From a virus (taxonomy: Duplodnaviria > Heunggongvirae > Uroviricota > Caudoviricetes): DNA of 64,000 bases. The notes beneath the pieces were generated by a model. That model ran no database searches. It was given only the letters and a program-made list of their open reading frames with translations, and had not been told where the DNA came from. The first letter of the stretch is position 1, and each line of letters begins with the position of its first letter. The stretch lies in the IMG/VR virus record IMGVR_UViG_3300029998_000014; one strand, written 5' to 3'. Shown here piece by piece: positions 22,872-33,514 of this stretch. The position numbers and the translations under genes were made by a program.

Positions 22872-23076
22872 AGTTGTTTAGTTTTTAGTGTTGAGAATTA
22901 CAAGTTGTAAAAAGATTCCAAAGAGTAAAATGATAATTGTATTCATAGTTGTTTGATTTTATAGGTTTTTTTTGAAGGTGCAAAGCACCATATAGTAGGT
23001 ATTATAGTTAGGTATTATAGTATAGGGGTCTAGTGGAAATTCACATAGGTGGAAAATCGAAGATTTTTTAAATTGC

Positions 23077-23829
23077 TTATACAACAATTTCTTCATCATT
23101 TTTAATTTCTAATTTGGGGAAATTTGCAACTCCAGCTTCTATTGCTAAAATATATTGCTTAGGGAACAAAACATTATTTCAGTTAGTATTATCAATAATA
23201 TTTGAAATGAAATTATTTGGATATAATTGTTTAAGTTCTTCTGATTTTTGTTTCACAAATTCCAATTCTTCAATTCTAATTTTTTCCTTTTCAGTAATTA
23301 CATTAATAAAATGCTCACCTTGTATTTCATAGCCTTTTTTCAACTTCTTTAGATGTCCTAATACAATTAGTTCTTTTGTATATTTTCCCACCGTAGAAGG
23401 AGCGACATTCAATTCTTGGGCTATTTTTGAATCGGTAAATTCACACCTTCTAGTATTATTAAGACATAATCCAAATAGTTGTATTAAAAAGCCTTTGTGA
23501 GCAGGTTTTAAATCCAGATCAATTATTTCATTACCTATCATTCTAAAATTTACAGTGTCTTTTTTCATATAGTATTTGTTTCTTTTTATATGTGAAGTTT
23601 CAAAGTATGATTCAATTTCAATAAATCCAGATTTTCTAAGTCTACTTACAAAATCCTTAATAGTATTCTCTGATGTATCTTTGGTTAATCACATTATTTG
23701 TTTAAATGTTGAATCCGTAAATGAGTTATTTTCTTTCGTTGGGGTAAAAGTTAAACAAGTATATCTAAATGTATCCTCAAAGTTTAAGTATTTCCCAATA
23801 TTATTTGATATTGTAGTGTAAGTTTTCAT
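23077..23829 (-). CDS. Winged-helix protein, probable replication initiator (250 aa)
   Basis: Extends track ORF 23179-23568 both ways across two TGA. HTH KIAQELNVAPSTVGKYTKELIVLGHL. Confidence 0.6.
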
Positions 23830-23965
23830 AAGTTTGGCAACCTGTATTTTCAATTTTTACTATTTCATTATCTTTTATTTTTGCTCGTAGAACTGAGCCG
23901 GACAAACCACATTTTACTCTAATTTCTTTTTGTGTTTCGTAAATTTCGTTTTTGTATTTTCACAT
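23801..23965 (-). CDS. Small DNA-binding-like protein (54 aa)
   Basis: ATG-TGA start (M-W-KYKNEIYETQKEI), overlaps the rep start. Confidence 0.45.
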
Positions 23966-24012
23966 ATTATTTATTGTTATTTTGTTTTATTTGTTGTCCT
24001 GTCGGATTAAAA

Positions 24013-24041
24013 AAATAAGGCGTGTTTTAAACGCCTTATTT
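24013..24041. terminator. Hairpin / probable terminator
   Basis: AAATAAGGCGT-gttttaa-ACGCCTTATTT. Confidence 0.55.
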
Positions 24042-24262
24042 CCGATTATCTATTTCAAACAACTTTTAATACAGTAACTTACGACAATTACTATTTTTAA
24101 ATTCTGATACAAAGTTACCGATATTAACTCACTTAAAATCTATAAAGTATGACCTTTCTTAAACATAGTTGTGAGGTATAACTGTAGCCTAAATTTCGGG
24201 ATTTTAGAAGGCTAATTTTGGGATTTTGGGGTTGTGAAGCCTCTGGTGGCATTCCTTACAAA

Positions 24263-24754
24263 TTATTTATAAGTTTCATTATGAATAATTCTACCAATTG
24301 TTCTTTCACTTACATTATACCGTTTAGCTAAATTCATTAAACTAATTTTCTCGGATAAATATATATTTCTAATTTTATTTGCTTCAATATTGGTTAATTT
24401 AGAGTTGCAACTATTTTCACCATTAAAATCCATTAAACCAGTATTAATAGCGTGTTTTATATTCTCTTTTTGAGTAATGTATTCTAAATTTAATCAATTG
24501 TTATTCTGTTTATTACCATCTATATGATTAATCACTTTATTGATACCATAATCTAAAGGTTTATCTAAAAATGCTTCTGCTACTAGTTGATGAATCATTA
24601 CACTTTTTCTATTACCGTTTATAGATAAATTTACTTGTAGATAACCATTTGATCTAATAATAGCTTTTAATTCTTTTTCGGTTTTTATATTAGTAACAAT
24701 TCCAGTATTAGAAATAGAATAGTTATTTCAATTATTAATTATTTGTGTTTCCAT
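24263..24754 (-). CDS. NUMOD4-HNH endonuclease, paralogue of 17381-17875 (163 aa)
   Basis: NYSISNTG...IHQLVAEAF...INHIDGNKQNN-W-LNLEY. Confidence 0.8.
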
Positions 24755-25040
24755 TATGTATTTTTTGATGACAGGTTTTGCATACTGTTTGTAAATTGTT
24801 ATAATCGTATGCTAAATTTGATCTTTTATTTGAATCATCTGTAGATAAGAAAGAAATAATATGATGTATATCTTCACCTACTGTAATTATATCTTTAGCT
24901 AAACAGACCTCACAAAGTGGATTGTCCATCATTTTAGATAACCTTAGTTTCTTTCATCTGGTGGTGTTATACACAGCTTGTCTTGCCTTAGTATTGTTTG
25001 ATTTAATATTCTGTTTCTGGGGCTTGTTGATTGTCGGCAT
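24735..25040 (-). CDS. HK97 gp74-like terminase-associated HNH endonuclease (101 aa)
   Basis: YNTTR-W-KKLR (TGA) followed by NPLCEVC...DIHH...NLQTVCKTCHQKIH. Confidence 0.85.
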
Positions 25041-25470
25041 CTTCCAAATATATTTGATGTTTGTATAGTTCTTTTTGATCTTGTTTTATCTGGAAATTTA
25101 CCATTTTAAGCTTATAATCTATATATTCTAGTACTTGTTTTTCATCAAGTTCAGACAGTTCTTCCATCACTTTTAAAAGTGTGTTGTGGAATATATCCTC
25201 TGATGTTTGACACATTGAAAGTCTTTCTTTATCCTTCACATATTTATCTCAAAGTTTAGTATAATTCTTTGATATGATATTAGATACTTCAGCATTTATA
25301 GTAATTAAATTGGTTTTTAAGTTTCTATTTTTAGGATTAGAATCTACAACAGGATTCAATATTTTATCTAATTGTTCTTCTGTAATATTTCATTCTTTAC
25401 AAGTGTTTTCTATTCCATAATCAAAGATGTATTGTAATAGTGTTTCTTTAGTCTGTTTTTGTTTTTTCAT
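25003..25470 (-). CDS. Hypothetical protein with sigma-like SEDIFHNT motif (155 aa)
   Basis: Extends track ORF 25003-25239 upstream across two TGA. Confidence 0.55.
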
Positions 25471-25636
25471 AGTATTGGTTTAATAGTTCTTCTTTATCTT
25501 TAAATCAGTCATTTAATATCATTCTAACTAGCTTTGATTTTGATGTATTAGTTGATTTACTCATTAATTCTAAATTTTCATAAGTATCAAATTCTAGTCG
25601 ACAATTGAGAGTTTTTGTTTTGGTGTTCTTTTTCAT
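25448..25636 (-). CDS. Ribbon-helix-helix (CopG/Arc-like) regulator (62 aa)
   Basis: TLNCRLEFDTYENLELMSKSTNTSKSKLVRMILND-W. TAATTTTG promoter box at about 25661-25668 on the minus strand. Confidence 0.6.
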
Positions 25637-25896
25637 AATTATTTGATTTTGATTAGACTACAAAATTACAACAATTTCTTAACATAAAAACTATAAATAC
25701 TATTTATGTGTAAACATAGTAATGAGGTAGTTATGAAGCTAACTTATATGTTATTTATTTGAGTGATTAATTGATTTTATATGTTTAAGAGTGCTTACAA
25801 TTAATATTTTAGATGTTGATTATTTTTATAAATTTTGTGTTACAGTCTTGAAGTTTATATCTTTATGAGTATAACAACACAAAAACACAAAATAAT

Positions 25897-26277
25897 ATGA
25901 AATGACAAATACCAAAGGATATTGAAAAAGATGCTACTGTTTATATGCAGGATGTATTATCTAAACTAGAATCTAGTGGAATACTAGAAGAAGTTGATAG
26001 TGCTGCACTAACTATGTTAGCTCGTAATTATTCAATGTTTATAAAGGCTTCTAAGCAATTAGAAAAAGATGGTTTAACTGTCGAAAGTGATAGAGGTAAT
26101 ATAGCACAACACCCATTAATCAAGGTGGCTAAAGATGCACAAACACAGGCTATGAAAGTTATGTTAGAATTTGGACTAACTGCAAAGGCTAGAACCAAAC
26201 TAATACAAAAAGATAATGAAAGCGATGAGGATTCACCATTTGAGCAATTTATAAAACAAGGTAAAGAAACGAGGTAA
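25897..26277 (+). CDS. terS: Terminase small subunit, P27 family
   Basis: DSAALTML...DGLTVESDRGNIAQHPLI...FGLTAKAR. The start MK-W uses TGA at codon 3. Confidence 0.85.
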
Positions 26278-26279
26278 CA

Positions 26280-27893
26280 ATGAAACTATATTATCAATAT
26301 GTAAATAATGTGCTAGATGGTAGTATAGTAACAGGTAAAAATATTCAATTAGCTTGTGAGAGATTTAAAAGTGATTTACTCAGAGATGATTTAGAATTTA
26401 GAGAAGATAAAGTTGATCGAGCTATTGAGTTTATAGCAACTTTAAAACACTTCACTGGAAATCATTCAAGTAAACCATTTATATTAGAACCTTGGCAAAC
26501 TTTTTTAATTGCAAATATTATTGGCTTCTACTGAAAAGAAACTGGAACAAGAAGGTTTTCTAGTTCTTATATAGAAGTAAGTAGAAAACAAGGCAAAACA
26601 GCATTAGCAGCAGCGTTATGTTTATATTATCTAATTGCAGATAACGAAGAAGGTGCAGAAGTTCTTTTAGCTGCAAACAGTAAAGAACAAGCAAAAATTG
26701 CTTTTGATATGTGTTCTGTTTTTGTAAAAGGAATTGATCCCAAAACAAAATATTTTACTCCATATAGAGCAGAAATAAAATTCAACCTCACAAACAGTAA
26801 ACTTAAAGTATTAGCCGCTGATGATTCAAAATTGGACGGCTTTAATGCATCATTTGGTTTACTAGATGAATACCACGCAGCACCCACCAGTAAAGTTAGA
26901 GATGTAATAAAGTCTAGTATGGGAATGAGAAACAATCCTCATTTGTGTACAATAACCACTGCTGGCTTTAATAAGTCCTTACCCTGCTATCAACTAAGAA
27001 CAGTAGCAATAGAAGTTCTAAATGCTGTAAAAACAGATGATTCTATGTTTATAGCTATCTTCTCTTTAGATGTTGATGATGATTGAACTGATAAAAATAA
27101 TTGAATTAAATGCGCACCTAATTTAGGTGTAACAGTTCCTTCTAAATATATTAAAGAACAAGTTCAACAGGCTAAAAACAACCCATCAGAAGAAACTGGT
27201 ATAAAAACTAAAACACTAAATCTTTGGTGTGATTCTGAGAATGTTTGGCTACCAGATGATTATATTCTAAGCTGTAGTAAAAATATTGATCTAAATGATT
27301 TTAAAGGTAAAGCTTGTTATGTTGGTGTTGATTTAGGTCAAACATCAGATTTAACTGCTGTTTCTTATTTAGTTGTAAATGATAATAAATACTATTTCAA
27401 AACTCATTACTACCTTCCAGAAGAAGCTTTAAGAACTAAGTCTAACAAAGAATTATATAAAGATTGAAAGCGAAAAGGGCAACTAACTGTAACGCCTGGC
27501 AATGTAACCGATTATGAATATATAACTAACGATTTGATGAAGTATTCACAGATTGTAAATATACAAGTAATTGGATATGACAGCTATAATTCTACTCAGT
27601 GAGCAATTGATGCAACTGCTAAAGGTTTACCACTTGAAGTTTATTCTCAAACAATTGGAAACTTTAATAGACCAACCAAAGAAATAGAAAGGCTTATATT
27701 ATCTGACAAAGCAGTTATTGATAACAATGAGATCAACAGATTCTGCTTTAAAAATGTAGTTTTAAAATCAGATCAAAATGGTAACACAAAACCAGTAAAA
27801 TATATAGACAATAATAAAATTGATGGTGTAATTTCTATGATACAAGCTTTAGGTATGTATTTACAAGTTCCTCATTATTCAAACACAATTTAA
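26280..27893 (+). CDS. terL: Terminase large subunit (HK97/Terminase_1 type, 537 aa)
   Basis: SRKQGKT Walker A, LLDEYH Walker B, GVDLG and KIDG nuclease motifs; five TGA. Confidence 0.92.
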
Positions 27894-27903
27894 CATAATA
27901 CAA

Positions 27904-29142
27904 ATGGCATTTAATGACTGATTTAAAAAGAAATCAACACCTGCACCTATAACAGAAAAAAGAAGCTTTTTTGATTCTTTGATGTATAATTCACAAAGTG
28001 GTTATACAACTAACAAAGCTATGCTTCTACCTGCTGTTTATAGATGTGTAGAAGTGATTAGTGATTCTGTTGCACAATTACCTTTAGAACCTTATTTAAT
28101 TGACAATAACGGTTATAAAACAAAGCATAAAACACACCCAACATACAGACTTTTAAATAGTGAACCGAACAATAAAATGAGCAGGTTTACTTTTATGAAA
28201 ACATTAGTTCAAAGTGTACTTTTAAAGGGTAATGCTTATGCTTATATAGAAAGAGATCGAAGCGGTAATGTAATAGCATTGCAATTTATAGATAGTTCGT
28301 GAGTAACAGTAGTTACAACAGATATACAAAATAATAAATTGATGTATTCAATTACTGGTTTTAATGCTTTAGTAGAGCCTATTAATATGATTCATATACT
28401 AAACTTTAGTTATGATGGTATTCGTGGAATAAGTACACTGGAACACGCAAGGTTAACACTTGGGTTAGCTACAGATTCAGAAGCACACGCAGCAGGATTT
28501 TTTAAAGGTGGTGCTAATTTAGCAGGTATTTTAAAAGTTGATGGTTCACTACTTCCAGAACAAAAACAAGATTTAAAAGCAGCTTGACAAACTTCATTTA
28601 ATGCTTCTACTGGAACACCTAACGGGATAGCTGTATTAGAAGGTAATATGAATTTTCAACCTATAACAGTTAGTCCTGTAGATGCACAACTTTTAGAAAC
28701 AAGACAATTTAATGTAATTGATGTTTGTAGATTCTTTGGTGTTTCACCAATGAAATGTTTTGATCTTACACAAGCTAATTATGCAACTGTAGAAGCTACA
28801 CAGTTAGCATTCCTCACAGATACACTTTCCCCTTTATTAGAAAAGATAGAACTGGAATTTGAACGCAAACTATATAAACCATCTGAACGAGATACTATAG
28901 ATGTTAGATTTGATACTTCTGTTTTATTGAGAGCCGATAAAGTATCACAAGCAGAGTATTTTAATAAGCTTTTCCAAATTGGTGTAATGACAGTTAACGA
29001 AATTAGAAAGGAATTAGATTTACCTGCTATAGATAATGGTGATAATAGTTTTGTACAAGTAAATACTATTACGCTGCAAAATGCAGTAAAAGAAACACAA
29101 ATTGTAAATACACAAAAAAATGATGGAATTACGAAACAGTAG
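27904..29142 (+). CDS. HK97-family portal protein (412 aa)
   Basis: AVYRCVEVISDSVAQLP, QLLETRQF, GVMTVNEIRKELDLP. Three TGA join three track ORFs. Confidence 0.92.
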
Positions 29143-29671
29143 TTGAGAATTAAGAACTACAGAAAACAGCAGAACCGTAGAAGGGTATGCTTTAAAATTT
29201 AATAAAGAATCTAGGGATTTAGGGGGTTTTGTTGAGGTTATAGAACCAGAAGCATTAGATGGTATTTTAGAACAATCTGATATACTTTGTTTACTAAATC
29301 ACAGTGAAGATAGAGGTGTTTTGGCACGCTCAAAATTTGGTGTTGGTTCATTAAAATTAGAAGTTGATAATGTAGGTTTGAAATACAGATTTGAAGCACC
29401 TAACACTTCACTAGGTGATGAACTTTTAGAAGGTTTAAAACGTGGTGATATTACCACTTCAAGCTTTGCATTTACTATTGATAGTGATGTATGGGAAAAA
29501 AGAAGTACTGGTTATCTTAGAAAGATTACAAAGTTTAAACAAATTTTTGACGTTTCACCAGTTTATAAAGAAGCCTATCCAGACACAACAGTAGCACTTA
29601 GAAAAATGAATGATTTGAATACAGAAGATTTATCTGGATATTATAAAACCTTAAAAAACAAATTAAACTAA
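29123..29671 (+). CDS. HK97-family prohead protease
   Basis: VEGYALKFN...SRDLGGF...LLNH...SSFAF...DVSPVYKEAYPDT. TGA at codon 8. Confidence 0.9.
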
Positions 29672-30864
29672 TGAAGAACACACTAGAGTTATTAGATGAT
29701 AAAAATCTATTAAAAGTAAGAGCAACAGAATTAATTTCTAATGCTGAAAAAGAAACTAGAAAACTTAACGATTTAGAAAGTATTCAATTTGATGAAATTA
29801 CTAAAGAGTTAGCAACTATTGATGCTGAGATCAGAAAGATCGAAGAAGATAATAAAAGAAACCTTAATAAAGTAACAACAAAACAAAAACAAACTATGGA
29901 AAATTTTTCATTATTGAAAGCTATTAATGATGTAGCTAACAACCGTCAACTAGACGAAAGAGCATTAGAAATTACTAACGCAGGGCAAGCTGAATTTCGT
30001 AAAGCTGGACAAAACACACAAGGTCAAATTGTATTACCAATGGAAACCAGAGCAACAATTTCTGCAACAGTAGCAACTGCTGGACAAGAAGTAGTAGCAG
30101 AAGATAAACTTGGAATTTTAGAACCTCTTAGAGCTAATCTAGTAATGGTTCAAGCTGGTGCAACATATATGACTGGTTTAACTGGTACTGTATCTATCCC
30201 TGCTTATTCTGGATCAAATGTATTGTGAGCAGGTGAAACTGCTGGTGCATCAGATGGTGCTGGTTCATTCACAGAAGTAACTTTAGAACCAAAAAGAATC
30301 ACTGCATTTTTAGATATTTCTAAACAGTTCTTGATTCAAGATTCAATTAGTGCTGAATCAATGCTTAAATCTGATATTGTAAAAGCAATTTCAAACAAAT
30401 TAGAATCGACTGTATTAGGTTCTGTAGCTGGTTCTACAACTCAACCTTCTGGACTTTTATATGGTACTCCTGTTGATACAGAAGATGTAAGTTATTTAGA
30501 AGTTGTAGCTATGGAAACAATATTAGAATCTGCTAATGTAACTGGAAAGAAAACGTTTATCGTTTCACCATCTGCAAAAGGTAAATTTAAATCAACTCTT
30601 AAAGCAGCAGGTGTTGCAGCAGGTTATTTAATGGAAGGAACAGAAATTAACGGCTATAATACTTTGTCAACTTCTGCTGTACCTTCTAAAGGTGTAATCT
30701 TTGGATGTTTTGAAGATTATGTTATTGGACAATGGGGTGGAATTGACTTGACAGTTGATCCTTACACACAAGCAGCTAATGGTAAAGTTCGTTTAGTAAT
30801 CAATGCTTATTTTGATGCTAAACCTCGTAGAAATGAATCTTTTATAACTGCTATTTTAAAATAG
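29671..30864 (+). CDS. HK97-fold major capsid protein (397 aa)
   Basis: Delta-domain coiled coil, VL-W-AGE (TGA), LEPKRITAFLDISKQFL, GQWGGIDLTVDPY. Confidence 0.9.
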
Positions 30865-30874
30865 TCTATAATAT

Positions 30875-31183
30875 ATGTATTTAACAATCGAACAAGCTAA
30901 AAAACACTTGAATCTGGAAGCAGAATTTATTGAAGATGATATTTATATCACTTCACTAATTCAAGTGGCAGAAGCAACTGTTGAATTACATATAAATCAA
31001 AAATTAGTTGATGTTGCTGCAATTAATGGTGAGGTTCTACCCTTGCCATTATTGCACGCAATGCTTTTAATGATTGGTAATTTATATGCAAACAGGGAAA
31101 TGATAAGTTTTGCAAGTAAAACTACAGAAATACCTTTTAACTATAGATACCTTTTAGATTTTTACAAAAACTATTCAAACTAA
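30875..31183 (+). CDS. Head-tail connector (gp6-like)
   Basis: AKKHLN...DDIYITSLI...AMLLMIGNLYANRE. Confidence 0.85.
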   Translation: MYLTIEQAKKHLNLEAEFIEDDIYITSLIQVAEATVELHINQKLVDVAAINGEVLPLPLLHAMLLMIGNLYANREMISFASKTTEIPFNYRYLLDFYKNYSN

Positions 31184-31189
31184 ATTTAT

Positions 31190-31510
31190 ATGATACCAGC
31201 GGGAACACTGTTATATAGTTTAATATTTAAAGAAAATCAAACTGTACAATCTGAATCGGGAGCAGTTACAAAACACTTAACTGAACTACTTAAATGCAGA
31301 GCAGCTAAAGTTAAACAATCTGGTAATTACTCATTAGATTCTAAAGAATTATTTCATAGTAATACAATAGCTTTTAAGATTAGATATAATAAACTATTAT
31401 CTGAATTATTAATTGTTGAATATGAAAAGAATGATTATAAAATAAACTCTTTTGATAGAAATCTATTTGATAATTCAATTGATATTATACTAGAAAAAAT
31501 TAATAAATAA
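31190..31510 (+). CDS. Head closure / head-tail adaptor protein
   Basis: AGTL start, FKIRY motif, synteny. Confidence 0.75.
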   Translation: MIPAGTLLYSLIFKENQTVQSESGAVTKHLTELLKCRAAKVKQSGNYSLDSKELFHSNTIAFKIRYNKLLSELLIVEYEKNDYKINSFDRNLFDNSIDIILEKINK

Positions 31511-31511
31511 A

Positions 31512-31949
31512 ATGGAAATTCAAACTACATTAATTGATTATGATCGAGTTTACAAAGCTATTGATAATCTAAAGGATTTTCAAAAAGATAAAGTTGTAGG
31601 TCAAGGTTTAAAAGATGCAACAGGATTGTTTATTAATGCAGGTAAACAGAATCTAAGAGATAGAATGAAATCCAAAAAAGGTGATTCTGGTAATTTATTG
31701 AAGTCTTTTAAAAACAAACTAAAACGTTCAAGTTTAGGAGCAATTGCTGGATTCAATCAATTAGGTATGCACGCACATCTTTTAGATATGGGTACACAAG
31801 TAAGAACTACTAAAAGTGGAGCAAACAGGGGGAAAGTAGAAGGTAATAGTTTCTGAAAAGATGCTATTGAATTAAACGAAACCGCTGCAATTGAAAAAGT
31901 TTATAGTGGTATTGAAAGAGCAATTACAAACATAATTAATAAAGGGTAA
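31512..31949 (+). CDS. HK97 gp10-like neck protein
   Basis: HAHLLDMGT motif, extends past F-W (TGA 31854). Confidence 0.7.
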
Positions 31950-31950
31950 G

Positions 31951-32343
31951 ATGATTACAAAAGCATTTACAAAATTTTCAATTACAACAGAATTAAGAAA
32001 ATTAATTGTTGCAGATAGTGGTCTAACTAATTGAGTAGGTACTAATGTATTTCCAATAGTTGCACCAGAAGGAACAGAAGGCGATACTATAATTTATTAT
32101 AGGGAAAAGTACGCTAAACAACACACTCAATTTGGAATTTATGAGGAAAAATGTAATGTTACTTTTATAATTGTTTCAGAAGATTATGACAGAAGTATTG
32201 CAATAACAGAAGCCTTAAATGATTTAATTGAAGGTATTCACCAAAATAAAGACAACTACAATTATGAATGTAGATTAGTAGATTCAATTGAGGATTTAAT
32301 AGATAAAAAATATATTCAGACTTTACAGTTTGAAATCAAATAA
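31951..32343 (+). CDS. Tail completion/terminator protein
   Basis: VFPIVAPEGT motif, synteny; missing from the track because of TGA. Confidence 0.65.
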
Positions 32344-32365
32344 CAAACAATAAAACAAAATAAAA

Positions 32366-32809
32366 ATGTCAACATCATATAATTCAAATACCGATTTAGT
32401 AAAAGGTAATAACTTAATGTTATTTGTAGGCTCAACACCTATTGCATTTGCAAAAACTTGTGATTTATCAATTAGTGCAGCATCAATTGATACAACTAAT
32501 AAAATGTCAGGAAATTGAAAAGCTAGTTTAGCTGGACAAATTTCTTATACAATTTCATCAGATTTTTTATATACAACTGTAGCGGGTGATACTTCATTCG
32601 ATACTCTTTTAGCTAGTCAAATAGCAGGTAGTTCTGTTAGTTTTACAATTGGACTTGCAGATCCTGCAACTTTTGCATTAACTGGAACAGGTCTTTATAC
32701 AGGAACAGCACACATTACATCTTTAACTATGAAAGCAGAAGATAATGCAATAGTATCTTGTTCTGTATCTTTAGAAGGTTCTGGTGCTTTGGTTAAAGTG
32801 TCAGCGTAA
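32366..32809 (+). CDS. Major tail (tube) protein, TP901-1-like
   Basis: KGNNLML...IDTTNKMSGN-W-K...YTGTAHITSL...SLEGSGAL. Confidence 0.8.
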
Positions 32810-32824
32810 TAAGATCAAAAATTT

Positions 32825-32850
32825 AAAAGGCGGTGATTATACCGCCTTTT
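32825..32850 (+). terminator. Intrinsic terminator
   Basis: AAAAGGCGGT-gattat-ACCGCCTTTT. Confidence 0.75.
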
Positions 32851-32871
32851 GTTTTAAATTCAAATTGATAT

Positions 32872-33510
32872 ATGAATATAAAATTAAACATTAAAAGTAT
32901 CATCAAATTTGAACAGTTTACTAATAAATCATTCAATGAAATAGACTATACAAATACAGATGATTTATTGAAATTGATGTACTGTATAGTACTTTCAAAC
33001 AATCCAGATGTATTTACTTATGAAGAGTTTTTAGAGCTAATAAAGAGTAAGAAGATAAGCAAAACCATTTCGGATAAATTAAGCACAGAAATTAAATTGA
33101 TAGATTTATTTGCAAATAAAGAAGTAAAAGAGGTTACAGAAGAACAACCAGAAAGAGAAGTAATATTTATAAAAGATATAGCTGCAATACTAGTAGTGAA
33201 TGTTGGATTGGATATAAATTTTGTAATGAATGAAATGAGTATAAACGATATTTCTTTATATATGGAAGCCTATAATAAGAGCGTGAAGCAACAAATGGAA
33301 AGTAGCAGACTATGAACTTATTTATCTGTTATACCTCACATAGACACCTCAAAAATAAATAGTCCTTCTAAATTTTATCCTCTACCTTGGGAACTTGAAA
33401 AACAATTAGAACAAGATAAAACAGAGTTCAAAATTATGGCTGAAGAACTTCCAGATATGTTTAAAGCTGGTGCAGATCTAATTGATAAAATAAATAAACA
33501 AAAACAATAA
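32872..33510 (+). CDS. Tail assembly chaperone
   Basis: Lies between tail tube and tape measure; SRL-W-T...PLPWE C-terminus after TGA 33313. Confidence 0.65.
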
Positions 33511-33514
33511 TAGT

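Noticed and set aside
22996-23021. TAGGTATTATAGT tandem repeat downstream of the rep gene as origin iterons
   Set aside because: Only two copies in low-complexity AT-rich DNA, which is insufficient support.
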